A stretch of DNA of 63,122 nt, counting the filler, from Octopus bimaculoides (taxonomy: Eukaryota): the NCBI RefSeq assembly GCF_001194135.2. It is 8 parts of 8 records of this genome, joined end to end, with 100 filler letters (N's around TTAATTAATTAA, not from the genome) between each part and the next. Parts side by side here need not be neighbours in the genome. Positions count along the whole stretch, not along the records: positions 31,057 to 43,062 come from NC_068984.1; positions 43,163 to 51,487 come from NC_069000.1; positions 51,588 to 55,753 come from NC_069007.1; 5 more parts are not named here. One strand, 5' to 3'. Below are positions 39,735 to 51,929 of the stretch, piece by piece. Position numbers and translations under genes: made by a program. How positions within the stretch are numbered: the first letter of the stretch is position 1; every line of letters begins with the position of its first letter. The notes under the pieces were generated by a model. It saw only the letters and a list, made by a program, of their open reading frames with translations, was not told where the DNA came from and ran no database searches.

Positions 39735-42090
39735 GAGAGAGAGAGAGAGAGAGATTGATTTTGTTGTCAACAGAAGCAATAGCTCTCTGAGCTATCTCCA
39801 TCCTGTTCTTATTCAAGCAAACTATACCTCCTCTACCACCAATTAGGTCACCTAGGTAACAGAAACTATCCACAACCTTTAAGGAACCTGTTGGCCATTT
39901 GAGAATATCTATTTTCCATGTGTCGTTAGTATTTATTGCTCTTGCACACATCTTCCAGATGTGCATGGCTCAGTGGTTAGAGAATCAAGCTCACAATCAA
40001 GAGGTCGTAAGTTTGATTTCCACACCAGGCTTTGTGTTGTGTCCTTGAGCAAGACTCTTTTTTTTCACGTTGTTCCAGTTCACTCAGTTGTAGAAATGAG
40101 TTGCCAAGCTGTAGCAGCCTTTTCCTTTCCTTTGGATAACATTAATGGTGTGGAGGAGAGAGGCTGGTATGAATGTGCAACTGCTGGTCTTCCATAAACA
40201 ACCTTGCTCCTGACTCGTGCCCCGGTGGGTAACTTTTGTAGGTGCAATCTCATGTCATTCATGAGCGAAGGGCTCTTTACATCTTCCATACAGAAACACT
40301 ACTTTCTCTTTTAGCATTCCTCTGATTCCACAGGACCTTTTGTGTGTCTAAGTAATGTTTAAGGCCCTTTAATTCCAGGTTTTGCTTTCACACTTGGAAT
40401 GTCTTTTCTAATTTTATTATTATCGATTATACTACAAGAATGAGGTCAACATACTGTAGTTCCTAGGAGCAGCCAGTCTTAAATTCTGCCAGTTCTCTGA
40501 ATTAATCACTGAATTCATGGCTAGCTTTCATGCTACAGACAGTATGTTTGTATATAGCTTGTATGGCTTTCACAAGCCATTCCTCTACCCTTAGCTTCCA
40601 CAGAGACCACCAGATCATAGAACAAGTAGCTCTGTCAAAGGATTTCACCAGGTCAATGAATGCCAAGTACAATGGTTTACTCATAGCTAAATACTTTTTC
40701 TGCAGGTGTCTAATTAAGATGGCATCAGTAGTACTTCTCCCTGGCACAAAATCAAACTGCATCTCAACTAGATTAATTCTCTTCTTAATTAATTAGGCTC
40801 TAACTCTCTCCATCATTTTCATGACCTGGCCCAGCAATTTGATACCTCTAATTATTTCTAAAGCATTTCCTTTACTCTTATAGCAGCTAACTAGGATACT
40901 GAACAGGCTGTATCCTACTCTGCCAGGTAATTAGAGCATTTCAACATAATACCTGATGAAGCAAGGTTTTACCCTGTCTTCACATCCTTAATTGCCTTAG
41001 TTATTACACAGCTGTCAATTAGGATGGCTAGTTTCTCTGCTGGAGCCCACATTCGTAAAACTCCCTTTCTTCCAAACATTTTCCATGTTTAATATCCCTT
41101 CATAGTAGCACTTCCATTTCTCTTTCTTTGCAGAATCCTTTAGAGCAAGCATTACCATAAACAATCTGTACACACTTCTCTTTCACAGCATCTTCATTCT
41201 CTTGCAATCTGGAACACCTCACATCTTTGATCGTCATGCTGTCATGACAACAGCAAATTTCTTCCTTTCTGCTCCTGTCCTTGCTAAATAAACCTGTCAC
41301 CTAACTTCTCTTCTAGCTACTTAATGTAGCTCTTTGCTAACTCCATCTTTCCCAGCCTTTCCAACTATTCCTCTTTGCTTTTATGACTGTCTACCTCAAT
41401 GTTCCACCACTATATCAGCCTGAGTCTGGTTGAAACTTTACCCTAACCACAGATTTGATCTGTAGTCCTTGGTAGGTTGTCTCTGAGAAATTTCTAGTCA
41501 TCTTCTATGCTAAGTGACTATCTCCTCTTCTTTTCCATCCAATGCTTCAACTAATATTTCTCTAAGCTTCAAGGTTCCATATCTTCCATTTCAAAACTAG
41601 TTTGTGTCTCTGATTCCTTCTAACCTAACACTGAGATCACTAACCACTGACCTGTGTTGAGTTGCGCATTTTTCACACAAGAAAGATTTTTGCATTCACA
41701 AGCATCTGATTATCCCTGTTTCTCATGAGAATGTAGCTAATCTGGTTTGTATGCTCACCAGATTGAAAGGTGATTATGTGGCTGGCTGGCTGGCTGCTTT
41801 CCTGAGGATCAAAAAAATTATGTGCACCACAGAATACCTGCAACCTTGTTCCTGCCTCATTTCTAGAATCAAAGCCAAAACTTCCATGCCCTCCATGAAA
41901 TCCATTGGAGTTTTGCTTCATGTGTCCATTGAAGCCACCTGTCACAGTAACAGAGCATTGTATCTACATCCCTTGAGTAGTCTAGCAGAGGCTCCCCTCT
42001 ATTGTACCTCTTTCACACAGCATACATCTACATGTCTCCACTTTAGAATTTCAACAATCTCACCAGACCTACCTTTCATGGCGCTTCTAA
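39735..42090 (-). mobile_element. Decayed RTE-clade LINE (AP endonuclease and RT), interrupted by a family C SINE
   Basis: GGFNGH...RNEAGTRL (endonuclease), QFDFVPGRSTTDAI...KPLYLAFIDLVKSFDR (RT) and KVVDSFCYLGD, in order on the minus strand. Confidence 0.9.
39961..40285 (+). mobile_element. SINE family C, near full length
   Basis: gtgcatggctcagtggttagag head, ttgtgtccttgagcaagac central motif; matches 54993-55325. Confidence 0.88.
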
Positions 42091-42486
42091 GTTTAGGGGA
42101 AGAATGAGAAGGGGACTGTTTTCAGCATCTGGAAAAAAAGACTTTTGCTGATATTTGTCTGGTGGCCGTGGGTTCTCCTGCATGTCAATGAAATGATATT
42201 TGTTATTCCATGAATCACAATTTTCTTCAATCCCACAAAACCTTCATCGACAAACACTACAAGTAGATATGTGGGGAGCAGAGGGAAATTAGAAGGGGGG
42301 GTTCTGTTTAGATATTATGGACCCTGATGATTGCAAGGTACTGGTGCATACCTTGGTAATGTGTGTGTGTGTGTGTGCACAAATACATACATACAGACAT
42401 GCAAGACAACATATATACCCCNNNNNNNNNNCACACACATATAACAGCACATATCGCTTTATAGTTGTCAATGTATACCTAAATAA

Positions 42487-42690
42487 ATATTGGTTTCAAA
42501 GTTTGGCACAAGGCCAGCAATTTCAAGGGAGTGGGTAAGTCAATTACATTGGCTGCAGTACACAACTAATACTTATTTTATCAACCCTAAAATGGCAAAA
42601 GACATACTCATCATTGGCAGAATTTGAGCTCAGAGCCTGAAGATGGATGAAAAGTCACTAAGAATTTTTCCCAGCAGGTTCACAGTTCTA
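42487..42690 (-). mobile_element. Diverged family B SINE
   Basis: ggcacaaggcc...tacttattttatcaaccc...ggcagaatttgagctcag. Confidence 0.7.
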
Positions 42691-42703
42691 CCTGTTTGCT
42701 GCC

Positions 42704-43000
42704 TTTATTCCTATATAAATATATATACACATATTTATTCCTATATAAATATATATACACATATTTATACCTATATAAATGTATATACACATATTTATTC
42801 CTATATAAATATATATACACATATTTATACCTATATAAATATATATATACATATTTATTCCTATATAAATATATATACACATATTTATTTCTATATAAAT
42901 ATATATACACATATTTATTCCTATATAAATATATATACACATATTTATACCTATATAAATATATATACACATATTTATTCCTATATAAATATATATACAC
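42704..43000. repeat. 30-bp minisatellite, about 10 copies (tttattcctatataaatatatatacacata)
   Basis: Exact 30-bp periodicity with single-base variants. Confidence 0.95.
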
Positions 43001-43162
43001 AGCTTCTGCTAAATGGGTGACCAAGTTAGTAGTGGGGGTGGGTGCGCTGAAAGTGTAACTGCNNNNNNNNNNNNNNNNNNNNNNNNNNNNNNNNNNNNNN
43101 NNNNNNTTAATTAATTAANNNNNNNNNNNNNNNNNNNNNNNNNNNNNNNNNNNNNNNNNNNN

Positions 43163-43738
43163 TGAGGCAAGGGAAATCGAAATCAAACTACATTCGACGA
43201 CTGGCCCCCATGCCAATGTCTCCTTCATTGGACACTAAACTCGGCTTGCAAAGACTTGTTGGGGCAAGTGAAAGCGAAATCGTGATGGCACCCATACCAG
43301 TGGAGCACTAAGTGCACTGTGCAAGCTTGATCGCTGCCAGAGCAGCTGTCTGGCTTCTGCACCAGTGGCATGTAAATAGCACCATTTGAGCGTGATCGTT
43401 ACCAGCGTCGCCTTCCTGGCACTTGTGCCGGTGCCCGTGAAAAGACATTTGAGCGAGGTCGTTGCCAGTGCCACCGGACTGGCTCCTGTGCAGGTGGAAC
43501 ATAAAATACACCATTTTGAGCGTGGCCGTTGCCAGTACCGCCTGACTGGCCTTCGTGCCGGTGGCACGTAAAAGCACCCACTACACTCTTGGAGTGGTTG
43601 GCATTAGGAAGGGCATCCGGCAGTAGAAACTGCCAAATTAGACTGGAACCTGGCGTAGTCATTTGGTTCGCCAGTCCTCAGTCAAATCGTCCAGCCCATG
43701 CTAGCATGGAAAGTGGACATTAAACGATGATGATGATA
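43163..43738 (+). mobile_element. RTE 3' UTR with internal sub-repeats and (GAT)n tail
   Basis: Repeated caccatt(t)tgagcg and gtgcc/ggcac motifs; ends catgctagcatggaaagtggacattaaacgatgatgat. Confidence 0.75.
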
Positions 43739-43971
43739 ATATAAAGATGAGAATGTGTGTCTGTGGGTCCGTCTGTGTGAATTCCTAAAACTTGAAAACT
43801 ACATAAACAATTTCTTGCCTAGTGCGAGCCCAGTGCAATATTACATCTCCACTATTGCAGTACTACGTGTCAAAAGTGAAACAATAGCATCTCTCTAGAC
43901 AGTTTCACTTTAATACTGAAACTATTAAAGTGAAACTATTACTTTACATATATACAGGCATACATATATAA

Positions 43972-44367
43972 ATGCGATCGACAAACTTTTATTCCCTACA
44001 AACTGTGAGTTTTTTAAAATCGTTTTTCGCACATTTACTTGCTACCGTATATATACACACAGAACACACACTCACACATACATACGTACAAATACACCCA
44101 TACATACAAATAAACACAAACATACAAATATCTGTCCATCTTTTTCAAATACGATCCACTCTTTATTAAAATACATTTACTTTTCCCTACAAACTGTGAG
44201 GTTTTTCAATACAAACTGAGTTTTTGGAAAATCTTTTTTCACACATTTACTTACTACCATATATATACATACAGAATACACACTCCTACATACGTACAAA
44301 TGCACACATACATACAAATAAACCCACACATACAAATACCTGTCAGTCTTTTCCAAATACGATCGAC
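43972..44367 (+). repeat. Two diverged tandem copies of an approximately 190-bp unit
   Basis: ttccctacaaactgtgag...caaatacgatc at 43990-44159 and 44181-44367. Confidence 0.8.
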
Positions 44368-44997
44368 GCCTGCTGGGTTTGATAAGAGGCAATACCTCGA
44401 AACTAGTCTGTAGATGCCAGACCAGCAAGGGGAAGTGGCTGACCTCTCCTGTTCGAAGGTTATAATGGACACAGGTTCGTGTGTCACATAGCTAGCTAGA
44501 GGCGATGGCCTCTTGGAGCTAATTAACGGCAGCATTCGTCCTATGTTTTGGACTGCCATGTTGGCTTGGCGATAACTATTAATATCCAGTACTGCTGCCG
44601 TAGTCTCCTTTAGAGAGACTTAGAAATATTAAAATATATATATATATTATTATGTGTATATAATATATTCATTCATATGTATATATATATATATATATAT
44701 AATTATTAATATGTATATATATATAAATATGTATATATACATGTGTATATACACATTCACACGTGTACACATACATACACATTAATATATAGAGACATAT
44801 CTTCACGTCAAGATAAATATATACATCATAACATATATATGCAAACAATTTTAAAAAACTGTTTGGTGTATATAAAACAATAAACTGATATAACATAGTT
44901 AAATGCATGAGTAAACAATAAAAATAAACCTTGGTGAAGCTTAAGCTTAAATTTGTAAAACAGTTCAAGAATTTCTTTAAAATGATGTCAAAATATG

Positions 44998-47045
44998 CAC
45001 TATCATTCTAAAGTCAAATTCAAATGTGACTGTCGAAATTTTCCGAGAGTTAAATCATTTTATCCATATGGTATTTTTTCAGTTGATATTTTAAACCTTG
45101 TGGTGTTCCTACAAGAATTTAAGAGTTTGCGTCTCTGGTTCAAAGCATGTTTATCCTGGAACAGGATGAAGAACTTTTCTGAGAGGCAAAGATAACATTT
45201 CATAGGTCTTTTATAAGCTCCATGTCTGCATGATGATGCTTTTTCTAGAATTTCCCAAGTTACATTGAAAGGATGGTGTCATTCTCTTTCAATTCCCCAA
45301 CATGCTTTGCATAGTTGCTGTCCTATTCTTGGGGTATTGGAAAGAATTTCAGTGGGAATAGAATCGAGTCTTGAATGAATTTTCTGAAGCCCCTGTGTAT
45401 GTTTTATATTCTTGTGAGCCATCTACTTGCACTTCAGCTTCATAAGCAATTCCTTTTTCAAGACATTTACCTTACAATGGACAGCAAGTCTTATCTTTGA
45501 AGTTGCAGTTCCTCAGATTAGATTCATCACTGTAGTTGTTTGTAATAATTTTCATATTATGCTGGTTAATAAAAGAGGTGAAGTTTTTGCAACAAGAATA
45601 GCTAACCTTCAGTGTTCTCCTATTAAAAATTCTAAAGAACTTATGGCTAGATTGAAAATGTTTAGAAACTAATTTTAAGAATTAGTTCTTTACGACAATA
45701 TTAAATGCTGAGTTAAACCACAAATCTTTCCTAGTTTTAGTTCTATGTAGTCTATTATTGTTAGGATTAGCTTGATTATACTGAATCTCCGAGACTCCAC
45801 TTTTCCTTAATGCATTATTGTAATATGGCACAGCATTTTGAAATGCTGTCTCATCTGAAGAAATTGATAATATTCACATTCCTACATTACTAACTAGGTT
45901 CTTAAGAATTATGGGTGGATGATTAGATTCTTTGCTAATATAACATAGCTTTTCATTGGGCTTACAGTTGGGATTAAATTTATCTAAGTTGATATAAAAA
46001 AAACCTACGTTATTAAGGTTACCTTCTATCGTAATCTGTAAACCCATTCTTTGGAAAAACATAATCAGATTCTTCTTAAGTTTATCTAACTCATGGCCGC
46101 TTAAATTATGGGTGACTATAAGACCGTCATCCCTTTATAATCTTGCATCTATAAAAGGGAATTCTAGATGTAGACTATGCAAAATATAAGTTCATATAAG
46201 CTTACACATCTCTGCCCCATCATGTCCCCATTAGTACATCGGAAAGAGAATCCTCATTCTTTTTGACCAGGTGGAATCATTGTAAAAAAGAAGGGATTTC
46301 CTTGCATGCAGGATAATATCTATTTCCTGCATGATGACAAACTGCTTGGCAAAGTCTAATGCTTTTAGAAGCAAGAGCCTAGATATTGACGGGTAAAATT
46401 TGACAATATCAAACTGCGTAAATTTGCAGTTATGCTTATGGCTAATCCCTTTGAACCAATCTATCACTGACTTGCTATTTTTCCAAATCTGTAAATTTAA
46501 TTCACTATTTAACTTGCTTATAATATGATCTAAAATATATTTGCTAATAATGCCTATTTCAGTTTTTGCTGTGTTATTTAGTCTACATTTAGGGTTTCTA
46601 TTGAAATTAGCTTTCTGGTCTTTTAGTGTAATAAAGGATTGGCATGGGGGTAGGTATCCTATCACTAACTTTAAGGTTGTTAGCAATTCTTTTTGCCTCC
46701 AAATTCACCTCTTTATATAAATTTGCGTTATCTTTTTTGTAGGTGTCTGTGATGCTCTTCGAAAGTAGACGTTTATAAACATCTTTGTCAACCGCATATA
46801 AGTTTTTTGTCTGGAGTTTACGAAGATCTTATCCGAGTTCTTTATGTCCCTAATTTTTTCCTTCATATCTCTCTGGAGTTGGTTGTTGAATTTGCGGAAT
46901 TCAATTTTTCTAATAAGCCCGAAAAGGTCTTTTTCAAAGGCTGTCAATTCCTAAATAGGTGATGGATTTTTGGAAGATTTAAGTCCGTATTTGTTTCCGT
47001 AAATCAGTTTTTTGTGATGTTTTGCAGCTTTAATAACAATAAAGT
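44998..47045 (-). mobile_element. Decayed 5'-truncated Penelope-like element of a second lineage (RT plus GIY-YIG)
   Basis: QFDIVKFYPSI, (G)HDGAEMCKL, YKGDDGL, SNHPP, then CPL.GKCLEKGIAYEAEV...YTGASENSFKTRF. Confidence 0.88.
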
Positions 47046-47055
47046 GTTTGTATAA

Positions 47056-47087
<32 letters not shown>

Positions 47088-47099
47088 GTATACCTTGCC

Positions 47100-47430
47100 A
47101 ACCTTTACTTCTCCTTTTCCAAGCTCTTTTTGCAACAAGTTATGAGGGTGGTCATGGACAGCATAATGACTCCTAAATATGCTAACTTATTTGTTGGTCA
47201 CTTTGAAGCTCAGACTTTCATTGACTTTCACTTGTGTCACTCTACTCCTGTTGCCTAGGAGGCTGTATCTCCCTTACATATCCAGTCTTATGATTTTTGT
47301 CAAAACTCCTCCCATTGTAACTTGGAATTCACATTTACTATTTCTGTTAACTTAGACATTTCCATTTCTAGTGACCACCCTAACTTTTCCAGTTTCATTT
47401 TTCACACATCTGTCTTTCACCAGTGTGAAT
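47100..47430 (+). mobile_element. Small PLE RT fragment
   Basis: Translates VVMDSIMTPKYANLFVGHFE, resembling the GxAMGxxxAPxYANLF motif. Confidence 0.5.
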
Positions 47431-47434
47431 ATCA

Positions 47435-47621
47435 TTCTTTTTCTTTTACTTATTTCAGTCATTTGACTGTGGCCATGCTGGAGCACTGTTTTTAGTCAAA
47501 CAGGTGTTATTCTTTGTTAGCCTAGTACTTATTTTATCGGTCTCTTTTTCTGAACCGCTAAGTTATGTGGATGTAAACACACTAACATCAGTTGTCAAGC
47601 GATGGTCGGGGACAAACACAC

Positions 47622-47653
<32 letters not shown>

Positions 47654-47805
47654 AGGGGTGGTAAGTAGCTTGCTTACTAACCACATGGTTCTGGGTTCAG
47701 TCCCACTGCGTGGCACCTTGGTTAAGTGTCTTCTACTATAGCCTCAGGCCGACCAAAGCCTTGTGAGTGGATTTGGTAGACGGAAACTGAAAGAAGCCCG
47801 TCATG

Positions 47806-47836
<31 letters not shown>

Positions 47837-48805
47837 ATATGTTTGTATTTGTCCCCCAACATCGCTTGACAACCAATGCTGGTGTGTTTACATCCCCGTA
47901 ATCTAGCGGTTCGGCAAAAGAGACTGTTAGAATAAGTACTAGGCTTACAAAGAATAAGTCCTGAGGTCGATTTGTTCGACTAAAGATGGTGCTCCAGCAT
48001 GACCACAGTCAAATGACTGAAACAAGTAAAAGATAAAAGTGAAATAAAAGAGACACACACACACAATGGACTTCTTTCAGTTTCTGTCTACCAAATCCAC
48101 TCACAAGGCTTTGGTTGGCCCGAGGCTATAATAGAAAACATTTGCCCATGGTGCCACACAGTGGGACTGAAACACAGCCAAGCCTATGCCTATTATCAAG
48201 AAAAAAAGAAAGAAAACAATTGCTTTCAAATGCGATCTTTTATGACACTTATGCCTTGCATAGACCCTCTTCATCAATCTCACCATCAGAAATGTTGTGA
48301 ACCAGTGTTTGTCCCATTGTAGACCTGTAACCAACCACATTATCTTTTATACCTGCTGTGATATAAATGAATTTGGGGAGACAAAAGGGGCCCAAAACAA
48401 TCTATTATCTGTTACTTGTTTCAGTCATTACACTGTGGCCATGCTGGGGCACCACTTTGAAGAATTTTAATTGAACTTATCAACTCCAGTACTTATACAC
48501 ACAATGGGCTTCTTTCAATTTCCACCCACCAAATCCACTCACAAGGCTTTTGGTTTGCCCATATCCAAGGTGCTATGCAGTGGGACTGAACCTGGAACCA
48601 TGTAGTTGGGAAGCAATCTTCTTACCAAACTTCTTACCAAATAGGCGTAGGAGTGGCTGTGTGGTAAGTAGCTTGCTTACCAACCACATGGTTCCGGGTT
48701 CAGTTCCACTGCGTGTCATCTTGGGCAAGTGTCTTCTACTATAGCCTCTGGATGACCAAAGCCTGATGAATGGATTTGGTAGATGGAAACTGAAAGAAGC
48801 CTGTC

Positions 48806-48843
<38 letters not shown>

Positions 48844-49085
48844 GTATGTTTGTGTCTGTGTTTGTCCCCCCAACATAGCTTGACAACTGATGCTGGTGTG
48901 TTTNNNNNNNNNNCTGTGTTTGTCCCCCCAACATAGCTTGACAACTGATGCTGGTGTGTTTACGTCCCCGTAATTTAGTGGTTCGGCAAAAGAGACCGAT
49001 AGAATAAGTACTAGGCTTCCAAAGAATAAGTCCTGGGGTCGATTTGCTCGGGCCACAGTCAAAAGACTGAAACAAGTAAAAGAAT
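47435..49085. mobile_element. Cluster of five family A SINE pieces in alternating orientation
   Basis: Minus tail 47435-47610; plus full 47655-48040; minus head 48065-48190; minus degenerate 48408-48640; plus full 48645-49085. Confidence 0.88.
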
Positions 49086-49152
49086 AAACAGCTATGCCTA
49101 TGCCTAAAACAAGGTAATATATTTAGCTGGGTTTTTTTGCAATTTGTTATAG

Positions 49153-49312
49153 GAAAGATTCCAATCATTGGAGTTGGTGGTATCAGCTCAGGAAAAGATG
49201 CCTATGACAAAATCCGAGCTGGTGCTAGTCTGGTAGAGCTTTATACTGTCATGACATATCAAGGTCCTGTTGTCGTTAACCGAATTAAAAGAGAATTAGC
49301 AGAACTTCTACA
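49153..49312 (+). CDS. DHODH: Dihydroorotate dehydrogenase (quinone), class 2, penultimate coding exon
   Basis: Acceptor ttgttatag|, donor |gtgagt. The 160 nt translate as (G)[52 protein letters not shown](Q), matching the class 2 DHODH C-terminal FMN-phosphate-binding region (human [32 protein letters not shown], from memory). Missed by the ORF track. Confidence 0.97.
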
Positions 49313-49858
49313 GTGAGTGTTTTTCTTTCACTTTTTGCTTTTTTATAAATTCTTTTATTTTCTTTCTTTACTATTTTGAATCATGTTTGTTGGGCACTTA
49401 ATGACTAGGGAAAATTAGTTTAATGTTTCATTTGTATTGTTATGGATTAGCTAGCAAATAAACAAATAAAGGATATGCATGTAGGAGATAAGTATTTAAA
49501 AGGGTTGCAGTTTAATGAAAGAAGAACTGGGGAAAATGGTCTTTGTATAAAGTATCAGGTCATATAGTGAGTCTTGGAAAAATGTGGAAGAGAGGTAAAT
49601 ATAGAAAAGGTTAATACCTCACCCTGAGTTTCTTTGAATTCTAGTGATTGTGTGGCTGTCATAAAATATAGCCAATGAGTGACTTTAGGAGAGATTGAGA
49701 CAGAATTAGAAAATGTCTCTGAAAATAGCCATTGAATAACATGCAAGTCCTACTATAGTGTACAATTTTAAGTTATTCAACTTAAGTTTCCAGAAACTGT
49801 AAGATTGAACTTCCAACCAAATAACTGCAAGTTAAAATGTGTCAGTTTTTATTTTATG

Positions 49859-49937
49859 AGTTAAAAAGTGGTGACTGAATTGTCCTCACTAAATCTTTTT
49901 AGGATTTTATAGACAATTCAGTCACCACTTTTTAACT
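49859..49937. repeat. Perfect 26-bp inverted repeat in the last DHODH intron
   Basis: agttaaaaagtggtgactgaattgtc (49859-49884) / gacaattcagtcaccactttttaact (49912-49937). Confidence 0.95.
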
Positions 49938-49961
49938 ATTTTCTTAATTTTCTTCTTTCAG

Positions 49962-50022
49962 AAAAGATGGCTATTCTTCTGTGTCTGATGCTGTTGGAGC
50001 TGACCACCGTAGCAGTCAGTAA
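49962..50022 (+). CDS. DHODH: Dihydroorotate dehydrogenase, terminal coding exon
   Basis: Polypyrimidine tract plus ttctttcag|. Phase is compatible with the previous exon (ca|a = Gln). Reads KDGYSSVSDAVGADHRSSQ-stop, matching the GADHR terminus of animal DHODH. Confidence 0.96.
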
Positions 50023-50069
50023 ACTTTTGTGATAGAAAAGACACTTATGTGTTGTAGAAAAAAAATGTG

Positions 50070-50106
<37 letters not shown>

Positions 50107-50109
50107 ATA

Positions 50110-51061
50110 CTAGCAGACATACCTGGTGTTGCTTGGGATTTGAATGGCATAGTTTGTATATATGGTACAGTTAAGTTGAAATATGTCATACGGGTAAGTG
50201 CAGCATTGACAACAAAGCATTTGTGTAGTAAATGAAGGGCTAATTTGACCAAATGACATGTCATGTGTCTGTTTGGAAGATTCCAGGCCCTAACCTTGTC
50301 ATGGAAAAGTGGATGGAGTTATGTGATTTTTGAACTCATCAAAAAGCTCTCAGTAGATATACTCTCTTTGTGGCTGTCGGTGCTGCCGCTACCATGCTGA
50401 ACAATCAGCAGACGTAAGAACTACATCCATGTGATAAATTAAGCCTGTGAGCATGCTCAACAACACCACATGAGAGAAATCTGCATGAAAGAAATGATGT
50501 GATAAGGGGGTAGGGATTGGCTGATGTTGTTAATGCAGCATTCCTGGTCAGGTGAATACTACACTGCTCATCACTTTCCATTGTTCTTGCAGTAACTGTA
50601 CAAACAGCATTTTGTGATTGTCTAATTGAAGTCTCATGTGACGATTCATTTGTTTTCCTTTCCAATTTCTCAACTACTGCTGTTTTTCAACCAGTGGAGG
50701 ATCTCTTGTTTGGAGACATTATGCCAAGAAAAATGACGTAATGAACTAAGATGACAATTGTACATTAATAATGAAATGTTAATAAAAAAGGGTAAATATT
50801 ATCAATATCTTAGCAAATTTTAAGAAAAGTTACTTTGCAAAGAGTTACTTCCCTTCTCCACAGTAGTTGTACTTACCCCAGAAAAGGGTTTTCTGGCCCC
50901 AGAGGCCCCATTATTCATTATGCGAATAGTTTTAAGAGTCTAACGCTATCTCTGGAACATAAGTAATGTATATTTCCTGTTTGACGAAAATCAGTTGTGA
51001 ACTTCAGGAGTTATGCAGATTTACTTACACACAGACGCAAACTGAATTTTATGTATATAGA
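50110..51061 (-). mobile_element. Probable non-autonomous Helitron
   Basis: Minus strand: 5' A|TCTATATAC at 51061, residual MSPNKRSS...RKTNESSHETSIR-like frame, degenerate hairpin and CTAG|T at 50110. Continuity between the ends is inferred. Confidence 0.55.
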
Positions 51062-51065
51062 TATA

Positions 51066-51487
51066 CTAGCAGAAATACCCGGCATTGCCCGGGTTAAAGG
51101 GAATAATGAAATCTAAAAACGCCGTCTAGACTACGCAACCCTCAACTGTTAGTAGCTACGACACCATATTTCTACATTAATAACTCTCCAATCCATGCCA
51201 GCATGGAACATAGACATTAAGTGGAATGCTAGAAGAAAGTTTTCAACTCGTATGTATATAAAGTAAATACACGTAATTCAGAAACACGTTTTGCTTATTT
51301 TATTTCGTAACCAAACAAACAGGTACAGATTATAAATAATGAAAGGCCAATTTTGGTGATTCATTTGACAGAGGTAGTAGAGAGACAATGCGATGATAAA
51401 TTTGAGGTTGGATCTTGAAAGTTTGGATGAATGCTGCCTCAGTTAAATCTCTTGTGGTTCCAAATGTAGTACAGCGTTGTATTGTCT
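51066..51487 (-). mobile_element. Internally deleted Helitron, 3' end with RepHel remnant
   Basis: Frame TFGTTRDLTEAAFIQTFKIQPQIYHRIVSLLPLSNESPK resembles the Helitron TFKIQGQIYHRIGSLLP motif; cccgggcaatgccggg hairpin then CTAG|T. Confidence 0.8.
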
Positions 51488-51929
51488 NNNNNNNNNNNNN
51501 NNNNNNNNNNNNNNNNNNNNNNNNNNNNNNNTTAATTAATTAANNNNNNNNNNNNNNNNNNNNNNNNNNNNNNNNNNNNNNNNNNNNTATATATATATAT
51601 ATATCATTTTCTCAATGGACCCGGAAGTTGTTGTTCGCAAATAGCAGCAGTAATTTTCTTCAGCTGAGTACACGTCATTGATTGGTTAAAATTACCCAAA
51701 TACGACAACTTTAACACGAAATAACTTCTAAAATACAAATATTTTGTCAAAAACGTTAAGAGTAAACCCTATTCTATGTGACACATTCTACCAGTATCCG
51801 AAGTTTCAAAGTGTTTAGTTTAAAAAATTAATAAAAAAATCTGGCCGTCAAATTGAATAGATCCGGGTAATTATCTTTAAAAGTCTTAGACTTCTTTTTC
51901 TACTATCTCCCTTACGCTGCAAAATTACA

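Noticed and set aside
42643-43058. Periodic [16 protein letters not shown] ORFs
   Set aside because: Product of the 30-bp minisatellite lacking stops.
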